Shown: piece after piece, positions 38,317 through 50,720 of the stretch
Position numbering within the stretch: position 1 is the stretch's first letter
Layout of the letters: each line of letters opens with the position of its first letter
Assembly: GCF_006345805.1 (NCBI RefSeq)
Contig: NC_042999.1
Location: 149,234,001-149,298,000, forward strand
DNA length: 64,000 nt
Direction of reading: 5' to 3'
Origin: Octopus sinensis
Taxonomy: Eukaryota
The notes under the pieces: generated by a model
What the model was told of the DNA's origin: nothing
The model's database searches: none
What the model saw: only the letters and a program-made list of their open reading frames with translations
Translations under genes and position numbers: made by a program

Positions 38317-38497
38317 CGGTTTTTTGACTATTTATTAAAATTTTATGTATTGATTAAGTCTTTCCTTGTTTGTTTTGCAAAATAGTGTTTTGTCTCGACT
38401 AATATTTTATAATATTTTACTATAAAATCGATTAATCCTAAATCTGATTTTTTCCTGTAAATTTGGATTTATTCCCTAATATTTATTATTATTATAT

Positions 38498-38530
<33 letters not shown>

Positions 38531-40935
38531 TATTGAACTGTGGCCATGCTGGGGCACTATTACCATTAATGATTTTAAGTGGTTATATTAACCAGCTGCC
38601 TTCCCAATACTTATTCTATTAAACTTAAAGGAAGACCATAGCTAAAGTTGGTATGGCATAAAAAAGGGACACTTGAGACTAAGTGAAATATTGAAATACC
38701 ACAAAATCTGTTCATCTCATGCACAGATTTTTGCCATTCCATGTTAACACACACATACATATGGGTAACCATTAACTTCTCTGCAGGAATATGCTTGCCC
38801 CCTCACTCCTTCCCCCTTTCAAATTCTATACAAGTGGTTTTCAAACTATTCTTTACCTATAGACCCCTTTAATTACTATTTTACACGAGTGGACCCCCAT
38901 AGCCATTCAACGTTTAAAAAAATCTTATTGCATTTTAATAATTAAATATTAGAAACTATATAAAAAGTTGTTAAAATATTTTGTGTACAAGTGTAAGTAA
39001 TTCATTGCTCATAAATTTTAACAACAAAATCTTACATGGACCCCTGGTTGCACTGCTCCATAGCCCAATCTCTTTGTCCCCTTGCATAAATGTTGTACCC
39101 TGCTCTCCTGACAAGGGTTTTTGGTCTCACAAGCTATATAGCAACCTTATTAGTCTTGGTGACAAAAAAAGAAAAAGATTTAACACACACAATATACACT
39201 GTAAAGTAATTTGTGTTAGGAAAGACATCCAACCACAGAAAACGATGTCAAAGCAGACACTGGAATATGATGCAATTCTTGGACCCATCGGATCCTGTTA
39301 AACGATCCAACCCATGCCAGCATGGGACACAGACGCTAAATGATGATAATGATGATGCTCCTGGATATTTTTCATCAATCAAATTTCCTTCACAAGGCAT
39401 TTGTCAATCCATAACACTTGACCAAAGTTTTGCTTGTTGGAATTGAACTTGGAGCTATGTGGTTGAGAAACAAACTCCTTAACCACACAGCCATACATGC
39501 TTAAATGATTTCCAAATTAAATAAACACTTCATTTTAAAGGCTTCAGTGAAGATATAGGATGTTGTGCCATCACCCAGTCCTCAGTGCACTGCTGCTTAT
39601 AACAAAAGCAGTGAAAGCTAATGAAGATGATTAAGTGAGTCCTGTTCTCTTGTCATTCATTAATCAATGTATATAAAGAGACAAAACAAAATGTGAATAG
39701 CTCTTCATCAGTTCTGAGAATGAATACTAAAGTTGTTTGGTCAGACATGAGACTGTGGCCATATATACCCTTAATGTAGTTCTTAAGGAGATTCAAGATG
39801 ACACAAAATGTGACAAAGCTGGCCGTTTGAATTACAGGTACTACTCATATTTACCAGGTGAGTGGACTAGAGCAATATACAATAAAATGTCTTGCCCAAG
39901 GACACAATGTGCTGCCAGGAATTGAACTCATGATGTTATGATTGTAAGATGAATCCCTTAACCACTGAGCCACACACCTTCACTGAGACTTCATTAATAA
40001 GCTTGATATAAAAAATATGACTCTCACCAAATATAAATATGTAAAATGAGAGGCTCTGACCAATGACTTATCAAATTATAAATACACAGAAAAATCAAAA
40101 TCAATTTGGATATAGCAGGTTGTGTGTTTCCTAGCAACAACGATAAACATCACCTAACAATTCATATACACACCTTTGCTTGTAAGAGAATTACAAAAGA
40201 ACCAGATATAGTGGTGGTGACGGAGGGGTCAGTCAATGAGGACCAGCCAGCCAACAAGTCACCCAACCAGCTAGTTACCAATTAACAATGCAATCACAGC
40301 ACTGGCTTCAATAATTGGCATCTTAAGCAGAATCGGCAGAGCAACAAACAAAGCACTACTGTTACACCTCTTAGCAATTCTATAGGTGTAGGCATGACTG
40401 GGTGGTTAAGAAGCTTGCTTTGCAACCATGTAGTTTTGAGTTCAGTCCTGCTGTGAGGCACTTTGAACAGCAATATCAAGGGAGGGGAAAGTTGAATACA
40501 TCTACCCCCCAATGCTCAACTGGCACTTATTTAATCGACCCTGAAAGGATGAAAGGCAAAGTCGACCTCGGCGGAATTTGAACTAAGAACATAAAGGTGG
40601 ATGAAATGCCACTTAGCATTTTGTTTAACATACTAAGAATTTTGCCAACTCACTGCTTTGATAATCTGAAAAATTAATCCCATGTTTGTAGATTAAATAC
40701 ATAGAGCATGTACACATTCTCTGATCCGTGTAAATATCCAGGAAGAAGTCAACTGTTGAGTGGAGACAGAAGTGATTCAAACATGAATATTATAAATATT
40801 CATTCTAACAATGAAGTTTTCAAGTATCTGGTAAATTATAATCTTAATGACTTTCTCCAGACATTCAAATATAAATTAAACAAATAGATAATCATCATCG
40901 TTAAATGTCTATGTTCCGTGTAGGCATGGGTTGAA

Positions 40936-41633
40936 TCTGAATTCTAAAGGGTTAACCTGATTTGCCTTGTAGCCCTTCTTTTGAAAGAAGCCTTTTCTGC
41001 TCTGTCCCCTTCTCTCATACTTTAACCTCTTATCTCTTAGCATACCCCATCTCCATATGCATGCACAAATATATATCATGACTCATTCACTTTTTGTACA
41101 TAATTCTATGTACTGTATATGCGCCTGTGATTAGTTGTAGTGTACCTGAGCACTATACAAGATCTAATGGGTTCAAGGACCCATTGGATTATACAACATG
41201 CTCCAGTGTTTACTTTGCCATGGTTTCTATGACTGGATGCCCTTCCTAATGCAAGGACTGGGTGCTTATTGTTCATGACATCAGCACTGGTGAGGCTGTT
41301 GGGCACTTTGCAAGATTATGAACTCTGAAGTACGGGATGCGGTGGTATTATAATGATTATTATTATTATGATGATGATGATGATGATGATGATGAAATTA
41401 CTGTGTGTAGTGCTCAGGTGCACTACAACTCATCAAAGGTGCATGTACAGTACATAGAATTATGCATAAAAGTCAGGAAAGTCATGGTATACATGTGTGC
41501 ATGCATATGGAGGGGAAGGGGTTCTGCTAGGCTACATAAGGGGTTAAAGTATGAAAGAAGGGGACAGAGCAGAAAAGCTTTCTTGCAAAAGAAGGGCTAC
41601 AAGGCAACTCAATTTAACCCTTTAGAATTCAGA
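40936..41633. repeat. Diverged inverted duplication (arms 40936-41159 and 41404-41633)
   Basis: ttgccttgtagcccttcttttg...tctgctctgtcccc...gtacctgagcacta is mirrored by tagtgctcaggtgc...ggggacagagcaga...gaagggctacaaggcaa. Confidence 0.85.
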
Positions 41634-41848
41634 ATATTTTGTCAAATGTAAGGCTTTTTTATTCTCCTGGTTTTGAATTAATTATGTATTATCTTTAACT
41701 TTGAAATTTTGATGATGGGATTGTATATTTTTAAAATGATTTTTAGAATGACATTGAAGGGTAGGTAGGACAGGCTGGATCTGGCCGGTTTCAACATAAA
41801 ACAGGTAGAATACTTGGGCTCGATTTGGCCAGTTTTAATGCTAAAGGG
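41618..41848. mobile_element. piggyBac-type MITE
   Basis: TTAA TSD at 41614-17 and 41849-52. TIR ccctttagaatt / aatgctaaaggg (11/12). Confidence 0.85.
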
Positions 41849-44212
41849 TTAAGAAAAGGGAGTGAGAATGATCGAGGTATCAGGGTAGCTTCTCAATGTA
41901 TGAGGTAAGCTGAAGTGAATGGAGACAGAAGAATTAAGAGTGTGGGTGGGGTGGTGGAGGAGGGAATCACAAGAGTATATAGATGAGTGAGAGATGAGGG
42001 GATGGGTGATAGGAGGGAAGGTAGGCAACAGCTGTAAAGACAGACAGGGTGGGGCTGAAGGGTGGATAAATATAATTTGAAACACAACTGAGAGGTCTCC
42101 TAAAATAAACATGAGCATTGCATGATAATATATAAACTGATACTGTTGTTGTTGTTGTTGCTGCTGCTGATGATGATGATGATGTTGATGATTGGTGATG
42201 GGGAATAGATTATAGGAAGAAAATGATCAAGGTGATTGTTTTACATAAGGGTTTAATAAATTTATAGTTTATACCTCAAAAATCATCAAGAAAGGAAAAG
42301 AGATAATAGGTCAGTAATGTGAGTAACATGACTCTGTGTGTGTGTGTGTGTGTGGTGTGTGCGTGTGCATGTGTGTGTTTGTCTGTGCATGTATGTTTGT
42401 AAGTGATTGTGTGTGTGCATGTATCTGTAACAGACTGAAAATGTGTGCATTTGTAAGTGATTGTCTGTGTATGAGAGAGAGAGAGAGAGAGAGGGAGAGC
42501 AAGAAAAAGGAAGAAGAAAAGGAGAGGGAGAAAGGAGGAAGAGAAATAGAGGAAGAAGAAAGTGGGAGGGAGAGAAAGAGATACAGAAGACAAAGAGATT
42601 AATTACCTAAACTGAAATGATCTTTTGTATTGGATTTTGAAAAATTCAGGTTACCTACAAATCCTTTATGTAGATTGAAATGGGATGGAAGGGGGGGAGG
42701 GAGGGAGAGAAAATTTAAAAACAAAAGAAACAAACAACTAAATATTCAATCAAAGTACTATGTATACACTAACATAAACACACATATACATACAACACAA
42801 GCTAAAGATACAAAGCATGTTAAAGTATGTCATTAATTGGTGTAAAGTAGTTGTACACTAAAGTCTCCATATGTAAACATGTTTTAGTAGAATATCTGGT
42901 TCAATATCTGAGAGGATTGAAACTTAACCATTCCAATATACATGAAAGAGGCATGGTGATAAGTTAGAAATGGATTTCTTAACTGTATTGTCTTAAGAAA
43001 CAGTAAGTATGTATCTGTGCGTGTATTTATAAATACACATATATATACTAGACTACCCATGATCTGTTGGGTCACCAATAATTCAAGGTACTGAGGAAAG
43101 TCTGAGTTTCTCAGTAATGGAATTTTGTTTCGTGGTTTTTTTTCTTCTTTCCCAGGTTCTTTTGCATGCTTTCAACGAATGTGACATCAAAATCATATGT
43201 AAACGGCTCCTTTCCCCAGAAAAGGAAGATTTGGCTGCTATTTCTTGCATATCCTGCTACCACGTAACAGGTATTTCAGGTCCCTTATTGCAAATAGCTG
43301 TTACAAGGTAGCAGGGCATGCTAGTAATAGCAGCCAAATCTTTGGAGGTGACATATGTTGAATGCACTAGAAAGAAACCTATGGAAAACTATTTTACACC
43401 GAGGTTACAAACAGGTCTTTAATGAAATATTTACTGTATTTTTGAAGTCATTTTCGCTTAAAAATAATTTGCTCATCATAATATGTCTAATGGAAAGGTT
43501 AGAGTTTCTTCCCTTTCAGGGTTAAGTTATTTTCGGAATATTTTCCCATTATTCACCATTTTGGGTATTCATACCCCCAAATATCTCAATAACCTGATTT
43601 ATGCGAAACTTGTTTTATTCCATTTGTATTCACATTTCAGAGACACTTTACTTTCAAAGTATTTTCCCCTTTATGCACCAGTTTAGCTGTGTAACATTGC
43701 AAGCAAGCAAGATTGAAGTTCATTTTTAATGTAATATAGATATATGTTTGTGTATGTATGTAGATTAGTTAGAGTATTCATTAGAATCTAGGCACATCAA
43801 CATGTAGGATGCCAAAAATGGCTAGGTTCAATAACCTAGGGTTCACAGTGTGTTGGCAGGATACTGTAGATATGCAAGTACCAAATTTAATTTAAACTGT
43901 AGATCCGACACAGGGCTGATTCTAGGTGCGAAACAGGTATTAAAAAAAAAAAGAATACACCTATGCTGCACCTAGAACCAGTCCTGAATTGGATTAACAG
44001 TTTAAATTGTGTGTGTGGTAGAAAGTTTGTTACTTGATCACATGGTTTCAGGTTCAGTTCCACTGAGTGGATTTGGTAGGCGGAAATAAAAAGAATCTTA
44101 CCTCTCATATATCTACTATCTCTCTAGATATATATATATGTATATATATATAGGAATTGTTGAAGGTTATTTACTGAACCCTCATTCATCGTCTTGGATG
44201 AGAGAATCCACC

Positions 44213-44247
<35 letters not shown>

Positions 44248-44373
44248 TATATATAAGTGTATGTGAGTGTGTGTGTATGCTTGTGTCTCCTTCTTTTGAC
44301 AGTATGTAATTGTAAATGGTTGTCTTTCATTTCCAACATTCTGTAAAAACATATCTGGACACAGGGAAATATT

Positions 44374-44594
44374 TCCTTTTGTTACCAACCCGGCCAAAAC
44401 CGGCTCTGGCTCTGTAGTATAAATGTCTTGTTTTCATAAGTTTTTCATTAAAATATACCACCAAACCTTAGTCGCAATTTATATTCCTAACACTAGCTTA
44501 ATGATAACTAAGTTATTTTACTAAATTCTTTGTTATATTTAAGATAATTGAAAGAAACACAGAGCATCTCAAAATAAATACAGTAACGAAAGGG
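44374..44594. mobile_element. Second piggyBac-like MITE family, decayed ends
   Basis: Ends tccttttgttac / gtaacgaaaggg (10/12). TTAA TSD not preserved. Confidence 0.5.
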
Positions 44595-45348
44595 TGGCAT
44601 CCAGCCACAGAAAATGTGCCTGAATAAACTCTTGTCTGACCCTTGCAAGCATGAAAAAGTGGATGTTTGATGGTGATGCTGCTACATTTTTGTCCATGTA
44701 AGACAGTATCAAAAAGCACTCTCAGAAAATATTGTAGAAAACTCTGTGTGTGTGTGTGTGTGTGTGTGTCTATGTGTGCATGCATGTGTCTGCTCAGCAT
44801 TCTCAGAAAATATTGTAAAAAAAGTGTGTGTGTGTGTGTGTGCATACGTGTGTCTGCTCTCCAACTCCCATAGAAGTCAACTGAAAATCAGTGTGTCCAA
44901 ATTCTTGGGCACTAGCATGAAATCAAGGTTTTCGTAACTTTTTTTCTTCTCTAGGTAAACATTTATAGATCTTAATTAGAATTATTGATGAAGAAATAGC
45001 TTATTTCTTTTTTAAATCCACTCACTATGTTTGGTAGAATAGTGCTTTGAATATTCTTGCAAATATTTAATATTTTCTATATGGATTAACAAAAAAAAAA
45101 AATAAATAAAAAGTAATAAAAACTGTTATAGATGTATGATATTTTATAATAAACATATATAATTATAATTAAAAATAATAACAATAATGTGTCCAGGTGT
45201 GCTACTACTCATCAAAAGTACTGACACCTCAGGGTAATAAGATAAAATGGAATGTAACAGAAAATATATACTTTTAAAGGCTACAATGCAGAAACGAAAA
45301 ACACAGAATAAATAAATAAAAGTCTGCCACATCAGTTAAGTATCTTAC

Positions 45349-45456
45349 CTTGAAGGGAGCAATCGGCCAAGACCGTCTATTAAGAGTTGATTGATTTGAA
45401 CGAACTGTCCGACGTTGGACATGATTGTTTGTATTTGTATTATTTCCATTCATCAT
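45349..45456 (-). CDS. Candidate first coding exon (MMNGNNTNTNNHVQRRTVRSNQSTLNRRSWPIAPFK), product unknown
   Basis: Strong donor AAG|gtaaga, locally CpG-rich, within a SINE-poor block. An alternative open frame (MSNVGQFVQINQLLIDGLGRLLPS) cannot be excluded. Confidence 0.45.
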
Positions 45457-45489
45457 GCCATGTTACAAAACCAAGTATTTTCCAAAAAA

Positions 45490-45670
45490 ATAGGATTCTT
45501 TATAAAGAATCTTTTTTGCTTGTGTGTGATTTAAAAAAGTTTTCCGATGAAGGCAAAAGAATTCTTGTTTGGTGTTGTACATGCATGTGTATATTACAAA
45601 TGAAATTATTTTGGTGTAACAACTTGTACAAGTTGCTAGTTTCTATTTGCAGTGAGCTTATTGGCTCACA
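45490..45670 (-). promoter_or_regulatory. Possible promoter/5'UTR region with three short palindromes and a CCAAT motif
   Basis: gattctttataaagaatc (45494-45511), caacttgtacaagttg (45620-45635), gtgagc-ttattg-gctcac (45652-45669, containing minus-strand CCAAT). Confidence 0.3.
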
Positions 45671-45988
45671 AGTTTAAATGACCTAAGTATAAACTTGTTC
45701 GAAAAACAAGATTTTTATATAGATCTAAAGAAAAAAAAAATTGACGGTATTTCATCTATATTTATAAGTTATGAAACTACACTAGACTGATTTTTAGACT
45801 GTAGAATATAGTTTAAGAAGTTATATATTTGAATGAGTATATAATTTAGGTGTAAATAATGATTTATTATATACTTGAAGTGTAAGATTAAAATAAAATT
45901 AATTCAATTCTGTATTTGTGTATATACATACATATATATATATGAAAGAGGGAGAGCTAGCTGTATCCATGTATGTATGCGTGTGTTA

Positions 45989-46026
<38 letters not shown>

Positions 46027-46264
46027 AAGACAATCAATAACTGTCAAATTGAAAGCCCAAAATAAGCAAAAGGTCACTTTGGGGACTTGAAAGAATTTCA
46101 GGAAGAAGCTTGTCAAGGAAAGGTAACATTTTTTTTGTTGTCTTATAAGAAAATGGAAGCAATAATATAACTCTAAAATTGCAACATATTCAATTAAAAG
46201 TAATTAACAGGAAAAAAAAAATGAATGCAACAACTTTGAAACTTTGCAATTATTTAACACACAG

Positions 46265-46307
<43 letters not shown>

Positions 46308-46569
46308 GCACAAACACACGTTCAAGTGGAAAGTTAGATATAAAAAAAGTATATTAATAGTATAAGTTAAATTGTTTGGCAAATTAAAAAAAGTTTTAAA
46401 CTGTAATTAACACTAATCATAAGGTCTTAGTAGATAATAAATTCTTAGGAAAGTCAGATAAAATTAAAATACCTACGTCAGCAAAAATTAATTAGCCACA
46501 TGAAATTAATTGTTAATCTTAGGTATTTCAAAAATTCTATAAATAAAGAAGATAGTTATTGAAAAACAT

Positions 46570-46607
<38 letters not shown>

Positions 46608-47799
46608 TGTGTTGCAAAAAGTCTTAGAAAAAGATCAGGAAAGAGTGTTGGACAGGGAAGTGTCTAGAAAGGAAAGGTAATCTATTGCAACTTTGAATAT
46701 TTTGAAATCTTTCTGTTTGTTGTTTTGAAGAAGAGAAATAATAAAAACTCCATGTATACGGCCTGTTTAGAAAGTTGGGAAAGATGCTTGCGAGAGGAGG
46801 GAGACACTTGTGTACAGGTAATATATTCCACTTGTATTGTCCTTGTGCCATGCTAATGTTGGCAGCAAGCAGCAGTATACAACAGGACAGCCGGACAGGG
46901 TGTTGGCACAATCCATCTGTTCCCCTCTCTCTCAGTTGATCACAAACACACACACACGGACATACACATCATATATCATATACATACACAGGTACAGACA
47001 CACATGCCTGCCCACCTCCGCTTTTACTCTTTCTTTATCTCTCTCTCTCTCTTTCTCACACTTTCTGTAGGCTTCACTCTTCACTACACGGCTGTACTGA
47101 ACTGAACTGTTGCAGTTCCTAACAGGACTGATGTGCTTTACTTTCAGTACTAGAGTTTGGTTAGTCAATTGGAGAAACTAGTAATCCAAGGAAATCTCAG
47201 ACAACTTCAGTCAGGCAGAGGGGAAAGTGCATGAGAGTGAGTGAGTGAGTGAGTGAGTGAGTGAGTGAGTGAGTGAGAGAGAGAGAGAGAGAGAAAGGAA
47301 AAAAACATTTACATCCTCCACTGCTCACACCCACACACACTCCCATTCTCACCTTATGTACACAAACACACACACACACCTAGATTATAAAGTTTAGAAG
47401 ATCTGACAACAACAGAAGGCTAAGTGGAGTTTACCTGTAGCATTTATATATATATATTATATAAAACAAGTTTATAAAGTAACCATTTCACATAGTCACC
47501 ACAGTAAACTTATTCTCCCCTGCCACTGTTCCTCCTTCAAACACATATTAGTTTCCTTTAAGATATTAAGGGAAATTACACCTTAACAACAACAACAACA
47601 AAAATTACAATAATAAGAGAGGCATGAAGCAACAACCATATTTCTTCAGTACATTATTTTGTTTCTGCTAAATAGCTAGTGGAAAGAAAAAAGTTGTTAA
47701 AAGCTATTTAGTTACATAGGTTATGAGTTATTTACATAACCATAAATATAGAAAGAGAGTTAGAACTTAAAACTATTACTTGGTTTGGAGTGATGATGG

Positions 47800-47801
47800 G
47801 A

Positions 47802-47838
<37 letters not shown>

Positions 47839-47849
47839 CAACAACAAGA

Positions 47850-47922
<73 letters not shown>
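47800..47922. repeat. (AAT)n microsatellite
   Basis: Directly visible. Confidence 0.95.
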
Positions 47923-47924
<2 letters not shown>

Positions 47925-48477
47925 GCCCTGATGCAGTACCAGGCAGTGGCTCTCATGGCTTCTGATCTTAACTGATTGGAAGTGTCATCATGTATATTGT
48001 TTTGTCTTGGTATAAAAGATGGGCTACAGCAAATATTCTGCTCAATACCACAGTTTTGCTTGTCAGTTGTTTGACCTTAACCAGTTGAGCATGTCTCTTA
48101 GTGGCTGACGATATGAGCATCTATGATCATGAGCCGAAGTAGTGGGGAAGCATCATAGCCATGCGTTGAGAGGGATTCTTAGAGGTTTGGATAATTCACC
48201 TTTAGAAACATGGGTGGTTCATTCAACATCCTTAAACAATCCTTATTCAGGGACCTTTTGAGTGGGATGGGTTACTCGACTAGAAGAAAATTCTAACTGG
48301 GCCCCACTTGCAAGATCATGTGCTCTTTTATCTTGATATGAGATCCCCATGTCGTGCACATAAGGTTGTGATGCATGTGCCTAGTATACTCTTATTGGAC
48401 GGGTAGTCATGAGGGGTATACTGGGCTTCGTATATTTTACCCGTGTCACTTTGATGGCATGCACTACTCTCTCACTC

Positions 48478-48480
<3 letters not shown>
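47923..48480 (+). mobile_element. ~560-bp interspersed element embedded in (AAT)n, possibly the 3' end of a Dong/R4-type LINE
   Basis: Non-coding complex sequence flanked by pure (AAT)n on both sides. The family assignment is inferred from the known TAA-repeat targeting of Dong. Confidence 0.4.
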
Positions 48481-48510
<30 letters not shown>

Positions 48511-48908
48511 CCTTTCTATTATAGGCACAAGGCCTGAAATTTGTGGGAAGGGGATAGTTGATTACATCAACATCCAGTATTTCACTGGCACTTAATTTAT
48601 CGACTCTGAAAAGATGAAAGGCAAAGTTGACCTTGGCGGAATTTGAACTCAGAACATAGTGGCAGACAAAATACCTATTTCTTTACTACCCACAAGGGGC
48701 TAAATACAGAGAGGACAAACAAGGACAGACAAACAGATTAAGTTGATTATATAGACCCCAGTGCGTAACTGGTACTTATTTAATCAACCCTGAAATGATG
48801 AAAGGCAAAGTCGACCTCGGCAGAATTTGAACTCAGAACGTAACTGCAGACAAAATACCGCTAAGCATTTTGCCTGGTGTGCTAATGATTCTGTCAGCTA
48901 ACAACCCT
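48511..48908 (-). mobile_element. Composite family A SINE (head + A1 body + head-less A2 body)
   Basis: Junction gacaaaatacc|tatttctttact at about 48665-48686, (AAT)n on both sides. Confidence 0.85.
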
Positions 48909-50384
48909 AAATAATAATAATAATAATGATGGTTTCCAATTTTGCACAGACCTTAGTTTTTGAGAGGAGGTGGAAGTTGATTACATCCACCCCAGTATTC
49001 AACTGGTACTTATTTTATTGATCCCAAAAGAATGAAAGGCTAAGTCAACTTCAGCAAAATTTGAGTTCAGAACGTCAAGACAGACAAAATGCTGATAAGC
49101 TTCTAGTCCAGCCTGTTAACAATTCAGCCAGTTCACCACCTTAATGAATAATGATTACATGGGCTATATGATTAAAGAGTTTGCCTTGCAACCATGAGGT
49201 CTTGGGTTCAAATACTAAACGTGTACTTAGCCACTGTATCATTACTATTGATAATACTATTCTGCTGCTTGTCACCTACTCCCACCAACACCCTTTTCTG
49301 CAGTCTATAATCTCTTCTCCCCTGCCTCCCCCACTCAATCCATGGACATTGGTCACCCTCAACCATACCTAATCTCTACAGTTGTCACCTACTTTTCCCT
49401 ACTTCTCCTTACCTCTTCTACACATGTTGTACATATTCAACCTTTCACCCATTTCCTACCTCTAACCATCACTCTCTCCCACATATTCTTACAGCCTCTA
49501 CTCAGCACTTATCTTGAAGAACCACCCTGACACCTCACCACCACTATTTTTGCCTCTCTCCAGTTGCATCTAGTCTACTTTCTACCTCTATTCTGTGAGT
49601 AGCAGTGTAGCTTCCCTACAACAAGAGAATTGTTCTGTTTTGGGTGCCTTTGACCTCACTTTAACCCCTCATGCCATATCATAAAGCTGCTGCTCTCTCA
49701 ACTGTAGCCCCACTCAGTTCAAAGAAAACCTAATCCTGCACGTTGGATGATGACCTCACTAGTGCAGATGTAACACCCAATACACTCAGTAAAGTGGTTG
49801 ACCTTAGGAAGGACATTCAACCATGGAAACCACGGCAAAGCAGACAGTGGAGCACTATTCAGTCTTCATACCCATTGGATCCAGTCAAACCAAATACCAA
49901 AAGCAAAATTTTATATCTGGTTTTACAAAGTATATTTTAACAAGAATTAAAGATAGACCAGCAGGCAGACCGTAACCCATTTTAGTGATGGGTTACAAAA
50001 TTTTTATGTTGCATAAGAGACCTGTTTATGTTTTCTGTTTAGTGATTACTACCTCTTGAATACTCCATCTTTTTTCAAACCATGCTTGCTTGTTTAAACT
50101 TCACTTACATCAAATGCAGTTACTAAACCACCTTGTTGGTATTGTCAGCTTAAAAAAAAAATGATGAAAAAAAACTTAATATACTGGCCAAATAACCCTG
50201 GCTAACTGAATTTCACAAGGATATGGTTCTTCTTAATAATTGTATTCTTAATAATGATATGTATGCGTGTATTGTGTGTGTACGTACATTTAGTAATTAT
50301 CATTACTGAAGACTATTGTTTCATGTTAGTGCCCAGGTATCTGGACACAGTGAATGTTTGTGGATTTGTCTGCTTTCCTAGTAC

Positions 50385-50720
50385 GTGAAGGCGCATGGCT
50401 CAGTGGTTAGAGCGTCGAGATAACGATCGTGAGGTTGTGAGCTCGAATCTCGGACCGGGCTGCGTGTTGTGTTCTTGAGCAAGGCACTTTATTTCACGTT
50501 GCTCCAGTTCGCTCAGCTGTAGAAATGAGTTGCGACGTCACAGGTGCCAAGCTGTATCGGCCTTTGCCTTTCCCTTGGATAACACTGATGGCGTGGAGAG
50601 GGGAGGCCGGTATGCATGGGCGACTGCTGGTCTTCCATAAACTACCTTGCCCAGACTTGTGACTAGGAGGGTAACTTTCTAGTTGCAATCCCATGGTCAG
50701 TGTTGTGACCGAAGGGGGTC
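50385..50720 (+). mobile_element. SINE family D, young copy
   Basis: tRNA-like head gtgaaggcgcatggctcagtggttagagcgtcg...gagctcgaatctcggaccggg, then gtgttcttgagcaaggcactttatttcacg. CpGs intact. Confidence 0.9.

Larger units (their letters stand above)
38085..38411. repeat. Near-perfect palindrome, ~162-bp arms with a 4-nt loop (38247-38250); probable inverted Penelope pseudo-LTR pair
   Basis: Arms differ by one substitution and three 1-nt indels by eye. Centre ...cagtgtcaaa-ttta-tttgacactg... Confidence 0.95.

Noticed and set aside
43480-43690. Possible mariner transposase C-terminus on minus (GKYFE-like)
   Set aside because: Only a few residues match and no TIR was found.
44150-44215. Hammerhead-like helix II (gggtt-cagtaaat-aacct) in a TA-embedded insert
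   Set aside because: Both catalytic core segments are missing.
47090-47150. Hairpin gtactgaa...cagttcct-aac-aggactg...ttcagtac as a pre-miRNA
   Set aside because: The middle of the stem does not pair and no mature miRNA was recognised.
50109-50148. 40-nt minus-strand segment with good acceptor and donor
   Set aside because: Stops in all three frames. It could be a UTR exon but there is no supporting evidence.
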